A DNA stretch of 64,000 nt from the NCBI GenBank assembly GCA_963705725.1, contig CAVPKM010000020.1, forward strand, positions 42,198-106,197. Reading direction: 5' to 3'. The DNA is from an uncultured Gammaproteobacteria bacterium. GTDB taxonomy: Bacteria; Pseudomonadota; Gammaproteobacteria; UBA6002. The notes beneath the pieces are model-generated. The model worked only from the letters and a program-made list of their open reading frames with translations, searched no databases and had not been told where the DNA came from. The translations under genes were made by a program, and so were the position numbers. Shown piece after piece: positions 53,752-63,137 of the stretch (positions are counted from its first letter, which is position 1; every line of letters begins with the position of its first letter).

Positions 53752-54608
53752 TATTTTGATGTATGCATTTCTGCGGCCATCAGCGTATTCTCAAGTAGCA
53801 TGGTCACCGTCATCGGTCCCACACCTCCTGGGACAGGAGTAATGAATGAGGCTATTTGGCTGGCTGTATCAAAATCCACATCACCGATAACCTTATTATT
53901 TTCCAAACGGTTAATTCCAACATCGACAATAACTACATTGGGTTTTAGCCAGTCACTCGAGATTACATTAGGTTTACCGATTGCTACGACCAGGATATCT
54001 GCTGTCGCCACTTTATCCGCAAGGTCCTTGGTATATCTATGACAAATTGTCACTGTTGATTTTTTTAATAAAAATTCCAATGCCATTGGCCTGCCGACAA
54101 TGTTAGAGGCGCCAATAATCACTGCATTCTTTCCGGCTAGGTTGATTTCATAATGTTGTAGCAGCCGAATCACCCCATAAGGAGTGCAGGGCCGAAGGAG
54201 TGGCGTCCTTAACGCTAAGCGCCCGATATTATAGGGATGAAAACCATCCACATCCTTGCTTGGGTGAATTTGTTCCAAGAGATTAGCCGTATCAAGATGG
54301 GAAGGTAATGGCGTTTGGATAATAATGCCATCAATTTTATCATTTTGATTTAGTTCTTGAATAAGTTTTTCAAGTGTGGATTGAGATGTGTTTATTGGGA
54401 GGTCATAGGACAAAGAATAAAAACCTAATTTTTCGCAAGCAATCCGTTTATTGCGCACATAAATTTTAGAGGCAGGATCTTCGCCAATGATAACCACAGC
54501 TAGGCCAGGAGCTTGTTTTCCTTCTGCGAGTTTGATTGTGATTTTTTTTGCTAGATTCTGCTGGATGGTATGCGCAACATATTTACCGTCTAATAGCGTG
54601 GCTTTCAT
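53748..54608 (-). CDS. folD: Methylene-THF dehydrogenase/cyclohydrolase
   Basis: KDVDGFHP, PCTP, GASNIVGRP, TPVPGGVGPMT. Confidence 0.98.
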   Translation of the reverse strand: MKATLLDGKYVAHTIQQNLAKKITIKLAEGKQAPGLAVVIIGEDPASKIYVRNKRIACEKLGFYSLSYDLPINTSQSTLEKLIQELNQNDKIDGIIIQTPLPSHLDTANLLEQIHPSKDVDGFHPYNIGRLALRTPLLRPCTPYGVIRLLQHYEINLAGKNAVIIGASNIVGRPMALEFLLKKSTVTICHRYTKDLADKVATADILVVAIGKPNVISSDWLKPNVVIVDVGINRLENNKVIGDVDFDTASQIASFITPVPGGVGPMTVTMLLENTLMAAEMHTSKY

Positions 54609-55404
54609 GATTCTTCCTAGAATTGGCGTTCATCCCTCGCTTCAAATTTGTCATGGTTAAATCTCTTGCCTCATCCCAGGTTTGAGATGCAACTTGTCGA
54701 TCGGCTATTCGAGGTAAGGAAATATGGTAGCGATAAGGTTCTTTGATTATCTCTGCGATAGCAAGTAATCTTGGTACATAATTTTTGGTCACAGGAAGCT
54801 GCCAATAATCATGACCATGGCGGGTAATGGCTTGTATTCTTCCTTCTCCTGCTTCATAAGCCGCAAGTGCCAGCAACCAATCATTGTGAAAATAGCGGTA
54901 TAAGTAGCAAAGATAGCGAAGTGCCGCCTTCGTTGAGGCCGTCACATCTCGGCGGCCATCATGATGATGATCAACGCGTAAGCCAAATTTAGCCGCAGTG
55001 CCTGGCATCATTTGCCAAAGCCCTGTCGCTCCCGATTTGGCAGCAATAGTCGGATTGTATTGGCTTTCTATAATTGGAATCAAGACCAGCTCTGCTGGAA
55101 GGTGCTCGCGGCTGGTTTGCTGATAAACATATTGAATGATGGGGGAGGCTTTTTTCAATATGCGTTCTAGATGGTGTGGATGTCGTTGATACCAGTGAAT
55201 TTGTTTTTGAATATAAGGATTAGTTTGATTTTGAGAAAGGGAAAAATCCTGACTGAGCGCTTGCCAAAAATTTTCTTTTTTAGTCGTGGAATGAAACCAA
55301 TTGGGTTCTTCTAAAATAGCCAGAGAGCGGCTAGATACTAAGAGCAAGCTTAGCGAAAAAAAGAACCTTGCTTGACTCCTTATTATTCTTTTCAGTCTTA
55401 ACAT
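54583..55404 (-). CDS. Lytic transglycosylase (MltD-like SLT domain, no LysM)
   Basis: LIPIIESQYNP, GATGLWQMMPGTA, DWLLALAAY, NYVPRLLA; located near gloB. Confidence 0.88.
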   Translation of the reverse strand: MLRLKRIIRSQARFFFSLSLLLVSSRSLAILEEPNWFHSTTKKENFWQALSQDFSLSQNQTNPYIQKQIHWYQRHPHHLERILKKASPIIQYVYQQTSREHLPAELVLIPIIESQYNPTIAAKSGATGLWQMMPGTAAKFGLRVDHHHDGRRDVTASTKAALRYLCYLYRYFHNDWLLALAAYEAGEGRIQAITRHGHDYWQLPVTKNYVPRLLAIAEIIKEPYRYHISLPRIADRQVASQTWDEARDLTMTNLKRGMNANSRKNHESHAIRR

Positions 55405-55464
55405 GGGTCAGATGGTAGCGAATGTCCCCTGCTCGGTCAAGTAGGAGTAATGAAAGAGTAAGGT

Positions 55465-55640
55465 AGTATTAAGGCTGAGGAGGTTAAGTAAATGATTAAA
55501 CCAATCCATAATAATGATGATTATCAATTAGCTTTAAAGCATATAGAATCAATTTGGGCAGCAGAATAAAATACGCCAGATGGCGATGAGTTAGATATTT
55601 TGTTGGTGCTGGTTGAAGCTTATGAAAACAAACAGCATCC
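55465..55640 (+). pseudogene. HigBA-like TA remnant (toxin tail plus truncated antitoxin N-terminus)
   Basis: ..IKAEEVK* followed by ATG 55492: MIKPIHNNDDYQLALKHIESIWAAE*NTPDGDELDILLVLVEAYENKQHP; in-frame stop and no HTH. Confidence 0.75.
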
Positions 55641-56233
55641 TATGCCTCCTTTTGATCCCAACGTTTTAAGCAATTAAGTTCAATGTCAAATAAATCTAGT
55701 ATTCTGGCGATGCTTTGATTAATTAAATCATCGATTGAAGAAGGTTTTGTGTAAAAAGCCGGGCAGGCGGGCGCTACAATTCCTCCCATTTCAGTGACTT
55801 TTCTCATGTTGTCAATGTGAGCCAGATTGAGTGGGGATTCACGAGGCAAGAGTACTAACCTGCGGCGCTCCTTTAGTGTCACATCTGCTGCTCGGCTAAT
55901 TAATGTGGCTGTTGCCGCACAAGCGATATCTGCTAAGGTGCGCATAGAGCAAGGGGCAATAATCATGCCGGCAGTTTTGAAAGAGCCGCTTGCAATGCAG
56001 GCGGTGATATCATTGTTGCTATAGCTAGAAGTAGCTAAATTAATCAGATCAGTAGCCGAGAGGTCTGTTTCAAAGCTTCGTGTTTGATGGGCGGCTTTTG
56101 AAACTACTAAGTGGGTTTCATAGTCTGTTTGTCGTAACAATTCTAACAATCTCACCCCATAAATAATGCCGGTTGCGCCGCTAATACCAATCACTAATTT
56201 TTTTTCAGTTATTAACCCCATTGATTTTTCCAT
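55640..56233 (-). CDS. ubiX: Flavin prenyltransferase
   Basis: GISGATG, IASGS, IAPCSM, RAADVTLKERR, PRESP, PAFY; start probably 56218. Confidence 0.95.
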   Translation of the reverse strand: MEKSMGLITEKKLVIGISGATGIIYGVRLLELLRQTDYETHLVVSKAAHQTRSFETDLSATDLINLATSSYSNNDITACIASGSFKTAGMIIAPCSMRTLADIACAATATLISRAADVTLKERRRLVLLPRESPLNLAHIDNMRKVTEMGGIVAPACPAFYTKPSSIDDLINQSIARILDLFDIELNCLKRWDQKEA

Positions 56234-56970
56234 TCCCTCAAAGCTTTTAATACAGAGACTTCGCTAGTTAAACTTTTTTTTTCATGGGCGCAAACGGCAT
56301 CGATTACTTCCTGTTTATCGCAGCGTAAAAAAGGATTAGTCGCCTTTTCGATAGCCAAAATTGCAGGAACAGTCGGCTTGTTGCTGGATCGTAATTCTCG
56401 TACAGCTTGCATGCGATTTATCAATTGTTTGTTATTCGGCTCAACCATTAAGGCAAATTTGAGATTAGCTTCAGTATACTCATGGCCACAATACACTAAG
56501 GTATCATCTGGTAAGGCCTTGAGCTGATTAAGTGACTGTAGCATCTGTTCGGTTGATCCTTCAAAAATTTTACCACAGCCACCGGTAAATAAGGTATCGC
56601 CTGTCAATACCAGGCCAGGCGTATAATAGGCAATGTGTTCCAGGGTATGACCAGGTACTCCAATGATGGAGAAGGTTTGATTAATTGGTTCAAGGTAGAA
56701 TGTTGATAAAGTCAGTGGATGTGTCACTTGTGGGATAGAAGCTGGGCCGTAAACGGGGACATCTTGATAATTTAACAGACCCTCCACCCCGCCTGTATGA
56801 TCGTAATGATGATGCGTGATTAAAATGGCACAAAGAGAATTCCGTGAGTTTTCTAAATAAGAGATAACCGGTTTTGCTTCTCCCGGATCGACAATGACTG
56901 TGTTTTTGTCCAATACTAAGGCCCAAATATAATTATCGTGCAATGCAGGTATTTCATGAACTTTTAACAT
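56212..56970 (-). CDS. gloB: Hydroxyacylglutathione hydrolase
   Basis: DNYIW, THHHYDHTGG, PGHT, GDTLF, CGHEYT, TNPFLR. Confidence 0.97.
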   Translation of the reverse strand: MLKVHEIPALHDNYIWALVLDKNTVIVDPGEAKPVISYLENSRNSLCAILITHHHYDHTGGVEGLLNYQDVPVYGPASIPQVTHPLTLSTFYLEPINQTFSIIGVPGHTLEHIAYYTPGLVLTGDTLFTGGCGKIFEGSTEQMLQSLNQLKALPDDTLVYCGHEYTEANLKFALMVEPNNKQLINRMQAVRELRSSNKPTVPAILAIEKATNPFLRCDKQEVIDAVCAHEKKSLTSEVSVLKALREWKNQWG

Positions 56971-57055
56971 TTTTCATTTCCCTATCAACAAGCTGAATAA
57001 CAAAAATCTTACCTTATCTTTATTATTTAGTTAATATGCAGAGTATAGCAATGGA

Positions 57056-57802
57056 GTGATCAGCTTTATGAAAGAAAAATTTCGATTGACAAAGATGGCT
57101 GAATTGCTAAAGCAGTATCCTGGTAAATATTATTTGGAAAATGAACAAGCATGGCTCAATAATGTTTTGCCCTCAATGCATGGCTTTTATTTAGTGCAAT
57201 TGGGCGCAATAGAGAGTTACGATTTACAAGCAGCAGATGCCATCACTGAACATTTTGTGATTGGCACAAGGGAGGAATCTTATGAATCTTTACAGGCAAT
57301 ATCTAACTTAATTGAATTGCCTCTACAGGCGGAAAGTGTGGATGTTTTCCTTTTGCCACATACTTTAGAATTTGTAGTTAGCCCAGAAAAATTATTATCT
57401 GAAATTTACCATTGCCTGATCCCAGGCGGAAAAATAATTTTATTAGGATTCAATGCTGTTAGTTTATTAGGGCTTTCTCGATTAGTACCATCAAAAGAAA
57501 ATTTTCCTTGGTCTGGACGACTATATCGAAGCGGATATATTAAAAGATTACTGAGTTCTTTGAATTTTTCTTTGAGTGATCAAAAATCGTTTGGCTTTTT
57601 GCCGCCTTTTCTACACAAAAATGTAGGTAAAAAGAGTCAAGAAGGGCTGGTTCGTCAGATTTTTTCAGGAATCGGCAATAGTTACCTGTTAGTAGCTGAA
57701 AAAAAGGTGGCTGCGCCACTCGCCTTAGTAAAATTAAAAATTGGCAAAGAAAGACGTCTAGCAAGGGGCTTTCCTGCGCCGAGTACCAATAAGAGTTTAT
57801 AA
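57056..57802 (+). CDS. Class I SAM methyltransferase-like protein (YafS-like)
   Basis: [25 protein letters not shown]; conserved position between gloB and rnhA. Confidence 0.85.
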   Translation: MISFMKEKFRLTKMAELLKQYPGKYYLENEQAWLNNVLPSMHGFYLVQLGAIESYDLQAADAITEHFVIGTREESYESLQAISNLIELPLQAESVDVFLLPHTLEFVVSPEKLLSEIYHCLIPGGKIILLGFNAVSLLGLSRLVPSKENFPWSGRLYRSGYIKRLLSSLNFSLSDQKSFGFLPPFLHKNVGKKSQEGLVRQIFSGIGNSYLLVAEKKVAAPLALVKLKIGKERRLARGFPAPSTNKSL

Positions 57803-57803
57803 C

Positions 57804-58253
57804 ATGGTTGAGATTTATACCGATGGTGCCTGTAGGGGCAATCCTGGTCCGGGAGGATGGGGTGTGATTTTGCGTTGTAATAATCAAGAAAAATTATTAA
57901 AAGGCGCGGAATTAAATACGACGAATAATCGTATGGAATTAATGGCTGCAATCGAGGCACTTGCTGCCCTAAAACATCACTGCCGCGTAGAGCTGACGAC
58001 TGATTCTAAATATGTCAGGGAAGGAATCACCACCTGGCTAGCGAGCTGGAAAAAAAATAACTGGAAAACTGGTCAAAAAAAACCAGTTAAAAATCAAGAT
58101 TTATGGTTGCGCTTAGATGAAGAAGCGCAAAAACACGACGTAGTGTGGCATTGGATTAAAGGTCACAGTGGTCATCCAGGAAATGAGTTGGCGGATCAAT
58201 TAGCCAATCAAGCGATTGATGAATTACTAGAAATAGGGGTGGAGACTAGCTAG
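57804..58253 (+). CDS. rnhA: Ribonuclease HI
   Basis: [27 protein letters not shown]. Confidence 0.99.
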   Translation: MVEIYTDGACRGNPGPGGWGVILRCNNQEKLLKGAELNTTNNRMELMAAIEALAALKHHCRVELTTDSKYVREGITTWLASWKKNNWKTGQKKPVKNQDLWLRLDEEAQKHDVVWHWIKGHSGHPGNELADQLANQAIDELLEIGVETS

Positions 58254-58952
58254 ATGCGACAAATTGCACTTGATACAGAAACAACGGGTCTGTCTACAGA
58301 AAAGGGGCATCGTGTGGTAGAAATCGGTTGCGTGGAGATGATCAACCGTAAAATCACAGGTAACACCTTTCATTGTTATCTTGACCCTGAAAGAGCGGTT
58401 GATTCGGGAGCGTTGGCTATTCATGGTTTATCTAATGCTTTTTTGAGCGACCACCCTAAATTTCGTAAGGTTTTTGATGATTTTATAGGTTTTATAGCGG
58501 GTGCTGAGTTGGTTATTCATAATGCACCTTTCGACGTGGGGTTTTTAAATTATGAATTTTCTTTACTCAAACACGCCCAAGTGGTGACCGACTATTGTTC
58601 TGTCATCGACACATTGCTGCTTGCCAGGCAGCTGCATCCAGGTTTAAAAAATAGCCTGGATGCCCTTTGTAAGCGCTATGAGGTTGATAACTCTCGTCGC
58701 GAACTTCATGGTGCCTTATTAGATGCCACCTTGCTCGCGCAGGTTTATCTCGCGATGAGTGGAGGCCAAGGGACATTATTTTCAGAAAATGAAGTTAATC
58801 CACTTGAGGGCAGAGTTCGGCAAGCTAATCAACAGATTAGAAATAAATCTTTACTGATAAGTGAACTCAGTCAGGCGGAAGAGATGGCCCACCAAGAATT
58901 CTTGGATTTCATCAAAAAATCCAGTGGGTCGTTGGTCTGGGAAGAGGAATAA
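58254..58952 (+). CDS. dnaQ: DNA polymerase III epsilon subunit
   Basis: LDTETTG, IHNAPFD, LHGALLDA. Confidence 0.98.
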   Translation: MRQIALDTETTGLSTEKGHRVVEIGCVEMINRKITGNTFHCYLDPERAVDSGALAIHGLSNAFLSDHPKFRKVFDDFIGFIAGAELVIHNAPFDVGFLNYEFSLLKHAQVVTDYCSVIDTLLLARQLHPGLKNSLDALCKRYEVDNSRRELHGALLDATLLAQVYLAMSGGQGTLFSENEVNPLEGRVRQANQQIRNKSLLISELSQAEEMAHQEFLDFIKKSSGSLVWEEE

Positions 58953-58955
58953 GCA

Positions 58956-59663
58956 CTATAAGAAAATTTCATTGAAGAAATTTTGCATCGCTCTCCACGA
59001 GCGTTTCTCGGCTCGCTCATTATAAACTGTGCCAAAATCTTTATCGTTTGCATTAGGATTGGTGAAAGCATGCATCGTTTTGCCGAAAATATGTAACTGC
59101 CAATCAGCTTCTGCCTCAGTCATCTCTTTTTCAAATTCAGTGACTTGTTCAGGAGGAACCATGGGATCATCATAACCGTGAAGCGCTAAAATTTTAGCTG
59201 TTATTTTTTGTCTATTGCCGAAATCAGGCAGTAAACCATGAAAACTCACCACTCCTCTTAAGTTTGTGCCAAGACGGGCAAGATCTAGTACACACATGCC
59301 GCCGAAGCAAAAGCCGATTGCCCCGATTCTGCTCGTATCTACCGCATCTACTTTTCTTAATGTTTCATAAGCGGCGAAAATTCTTTTGCCCAGTAAGGCA
59401 CGGTTTTCTAAAAAGGGTTGAATGAGTGCTGACTTTTCATCTTTTGTGGTACCAATTACGTTCTTGCCGAACATATCAATTGCAAAGCCAACATAACCCA
59501 ATTGAGCTAATTTTTCTGCTTTCTGGCAAGCAAATTCATTTCTACCACTCCAATCATGAGCCACTAATACGGCAGGTCTTGGCTTGGAAATGTCAGCATT
59601 ATAAGCCAAATAGCCTTCGAGCAGCTTCTCGCCATCATAATAAGTAATATTTTTCGTTCTCAA
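58956..59663 (-). CDS. Dienelactone hydrolase family protein
   Basis: GFCFGG, SFHG, HGYDDP, HAFTNP. Confidence 0.93.
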   Translation of the reverse strand: MRTKNITYYDGEKLLEGYLAYNADISKPRPAVLVAHDWSGRNEFACQKAEKLAQLGYVGFAIDMFGKNVIGTTKDEKSALIQPFLENRALLGKRIFAAYETLRKVDAVDTSRIGAIGFCFGGMCVLDLARLGTNLRGVVSFHGLLPDFGNRQKITAKILALHGYDDPMVPPEQVTEFEKEMTEAEADWQLHIFGKTMHAFTNPNANDKDFGTVYNERAEKRSWRAMQNFFNEIFL

Positions 59664-59729
59664 GGTGGACTCCTTGTTTGCACTGAAATAGTTACGTTGT
59701 ACTTTATCAAATCCCTCCCTGCCCTACAA

Positions 59730-59757
59730 CTATGCCCTTTGTGAATGAATTTTATGC
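59730..59757. repeat. 5' fragment of the ERIC-like element
   Basis: ctatgccctttgtgaatgaattttatgc vs 34164-34191 (3 mismatches). Confidence 0.6.
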
Positions 59758-59844
59758 CTGTTGAAGACAATTAGTTTGATACAATTTTGCATTATTTGTT
59801 CATTTTTATTATAATTAGATGATGCAATTAAAGTAGAATTCAGC

Positions 59845-60186
59845 ATGGCAATATTAAATCAATACAAGGCTCAATTAGGGGAATTATTAGCGAAAGGCCT
59901 GGCCCGTTTTGGGAAGGTTTCGCCACGTCGTCCCTATCGTGATGATGAGGAAACAGGGGAAGGGGCGCCAGGGTTAACTGTAGAAACTCATCCTTTGCTT
60001 GCTGATTTGCCAGTAGGTGCAGCGTCCGATTTGACGTTTATTGCTAGTGAGAATAGTGAAATTACAGATGAAGCTTTAGAAAGAGCTGAAGAACTTACCC
60101 CTGCTTTACAAAATCAGCCTCGGTTACAAGCAGAGCTCTCTTATCGTCATACTAACCGGCATACCCCGACACTTACGCGTAATTAA
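59845..60186 (+). CDS. Small acidic hypothetical protein (113 aa)
   Basis: Clean ORF upstream of ankH; no family I can name with confidence. Confidence 0.75.
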   Translation: MAILNQYKAQLGELLAKGLARFGKVSPRRPYRDDEETGEGAPGLTVETHPLLADLPVGAASDLTFIASENSEITDEALERAEELTPALQNQPRLQAELSYRHTNRHTPTLTRN

Positions 60187-60189
60187 TTC

Positions 60190-60354
60190 GTAACTATTCA
60201 GCACAGGGTTGAAACGTCCATATTTTGCCAGATTCGGACAAAAAATTTAATTAATAGCTCCGCATACTGAAGTATGTGAGCAGTTTTAATTAAATTTTTT
60301 GTCCGAATCTGGCTAAAATCTGAACGTTTAGCGACTTCAAGCATTTGTGCTGAA
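60190..60354 (+). mobile_element. ~165-bp palindromic MITE-like element (copy B), core inverted relative to copy A
   Basis: gtaactattcagcaca...tgtgctgaa; perfect 28-bp inverted arms at 60227-60254 and 60286-60313. Confidence 0.88.
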
Positions 60355-60406
60355 CAACAATTAATTCTGCACTAAAAAAGATCGTAACACAGTCTTTAGG
60401 AGGAAT

Positions 60407-61817
60407 ATGACGCTTGCAAAGCAAATAATCTATGGCAGTTTGAATGATGTCGCTAATTTTTTGAAGCGTGATGGCATTGTGCTAAATGAAGTGGATGAAT
60501 ACGGTTACACACCACTTATACAAACAGCAATTGTCAATAGCATTCCTAAGGCTAAGCTAATTTTAGAAGCAGGGGCAGAGATAGACTTTACTGATTTGAC
60601 GGGGAGAACAGCATTACATTGGGCTGTTGATAATAATAATCTTGAACTTGCTGAGTTACTGCTAGATCGGCGTGCTAATCCTAATGCTTACACCCGGGCG
60701 GGTCAGCCAGTGCTTGCTATGCCAGTTCTGCGTAAGCAAGATGCAATCAAACAACTGCTTTATCGTTATGGCGCAGATTTAAATTTTGCGCAAGATTTCA
60801 TCAATGCTAAGCTTTTGGGTCATCGTTTTGAACTGGAAGGTCGAGTAGATATTCTCGATAATCAGGGCACCTTTATTGAAATTGAATTTGAAGGCTTTTA
60901 CCTTGAGTTTAATTTAGCAATTATCGCTGAATCCTTAATTGATTTTAAAAATAATTTTGGTGGAAAGCATTTAAAAGAATTTTTTCCTTCACTTAAGGTG
61001 ATTATCAATAATCTTAAAAATGGTGCTGAATTAATAAAGTATCAGCATTATTTAGTTGAAATTAAAGAACATGAAAAAAGAATTGATGCTTTATTAAACG
61101 CCAATCCACTGCTCATACCGATTGCCTATGAAGGACATGCCATTAGCTTCATTCGTTATAATGGTTGGTTAATACGATGTGATCGTGGGGCTTATGGAAG
61201 AAGATCATGGCACCGTTATTTTTTATAAAATGGGCGAGCCACATTTGCTAACGAAATCGCTGATCAAGAATTTGATTTATAAAAAGCAAGGGAAAGAATT
61301 CATTGATGAAGGATTAATCGCCATGTTGCAGTTAAAGCCAGTGGCGCAATTACCTTTATCGGTACAGATTTCAGGTAACTGCTCCTGGGCAAATATTGAA
61401 GCTGTGGTTCCAACCATGCTGTTTTTATTGTTATTGCAGGAGCAAGAATCTCAAGATGTAGCAAGTGTTGAGAAGTGCAAGGAAAGAGCCTATTATTTTT
61501 ATCGTGAATGGTTAGAGTGGGATAAAAATCGAGCATTGTATTTTTGTATCAATAGTTTCTATCAGTCAAACCCAGCACGTAAGGCTGCTAAAGCTGCTAT
61601 TTTGGCGGCTATTTTGTTTCAGCAATGTGATTATTTACGAGCTAAGGATAGGGAAAAAGCAGAAAAAATATTGCCTATTCTCACTGTTCCAGAATATCGC
61701 TTTGTGTTAAAAAGTTATTTTCAAGTTTTCAATTCTGTTAAAGATAACGTTCAAATTAAAAATCTTGCTGAATTTTTAGAAGAATTTGGCATCGATCCTC
61801 AAGCCTTTATGCAGTAA
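60407..61817 (+). CDS. ankH: AnkH/LegA3-family ankyrin effector, frameshifted at ~61198
   Basis: DEYGYTPLI, GRTALHWAVDNN, DFINAKLLGHRFEL, GHA..F..DRG, QISGNCSWAN and EWDK.RAL match motifs I recall from Legionella AnkH. Confidence 0.9.
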
Positions 61818-61824
61818 GGTAAGC

Positions 61825-63068
61825 ATGAAAAACAAATTTATAAGTTTTACATTACTATCAAAAAATCGTAACTTTCTTCTGCTATACATAGGTCAATTCG
61901 TTTCATTTTTAGGTTCAATGTTGACCTTTGTTGCTGTTCCTTATCAAGTTTATCATCTTACCCATTCCACCTTGTTAGTAGGGGAAACCAGCTTAATTAA
62001 CCTGTTACCCTTGCTCATTACTGCCTTAATAGGCGGAGTCTTGGCTGATCGGTGTTCGCGTAAGCGGTTGTTGTTGCTGTCAGAACTTTTTTTAATGCTG
62101 GGTTGTTTAATACTGTTAGTGAATAGCTATCTGTATTCTTCTTTATACCTGATCTGGACCGCTTCTTCTTGATGTCTGCGGTAACTGGGTTGCATCGACC
62201 AGCACTAGATAGCATGGTGCAACAAATTGTAAATAAGGAAGATTATGCACAAGTGGGTGCGCTTGGTAGTTTAAAAATGAGCGTTGGGATGATCCTTGGT
62301 CCTGCAATAGGAGGGTTATTGATTGCTTGCTTTGGAATAGCCCTCACCTATTTAATTGATGCATTGAGTTTTGCCATTTCACTGGGTGCATTACTGAGTA
62401 TGAGCTTTATTCCTTCTCCCCAAGTTAATAAAGGAGAATCCGCCTGGAAGTCTTTAAAAAATGGTTTTCAGTATGCGACTTCTCGTCAGGAGTTAATGGG
62501 TACCTACTTGGTTGATATGATAGCCATGATTTTTGGAATGCCCATTGCGCTATTTCCTGCCATTGCAAATGGTTTTGGTGGTCCAAAAGTGCTCGGTATG
62601 CTCTATGCTGCGCCTGCGATTGGTAGTTTAATCGCTTCTTTATTTAGCGGAGTAATAAAATCAGTAAAATTACAGGGGATCGGTGTGACAATTAGTGCAG
62701 TACTTTGGGGAGGAGCGATTATCTTCTTTGGGCTGTCTACTAATTTTTGGCTTGCCCTATTCTTTTTGAGTTTATCCGGTGCTTTCGATGCGGTTAGCGG
62801 TATCTTTAGAAGCATAATGTGGAATGAAATCATTCCAAATGACTATCGAGGTAGATTGGCAGGAATTGAAATGATCAGTTATTTAAGCGGACCTAGATTA
62901 GGGGATGCAGAAGCAGGATTGGTTGCAGCCAAGTTTGGGATTGATACATCCATTATCTCAGGCGGCATCTTATGCATTTTAGGGGTAGGGCTGGTTACTT
63001 GCTTCATGCCAAAATTTCTAAATTATGGCGAAAAACGTGCTGATTTAGAGCCTTTAGAAGCGGAATAA
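61825..63068 (+). CDS. MFS transporter (EntS-like/DHA3), frameshifted at ~62166
   Basis: NRNFLLLYIGQFVS, VAVPYQVY, GGVLADR, RGRLAG; the adjacent paralogue shows the missing T. Confidence 0.9.
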
Positions 63069-63137
63069 TGATAGTTAAGGATTATTAGTGGCGTTAGTTA
63101 ATAAAGACACCAAGGTCTTGGATTTCCTGGATAAAGC

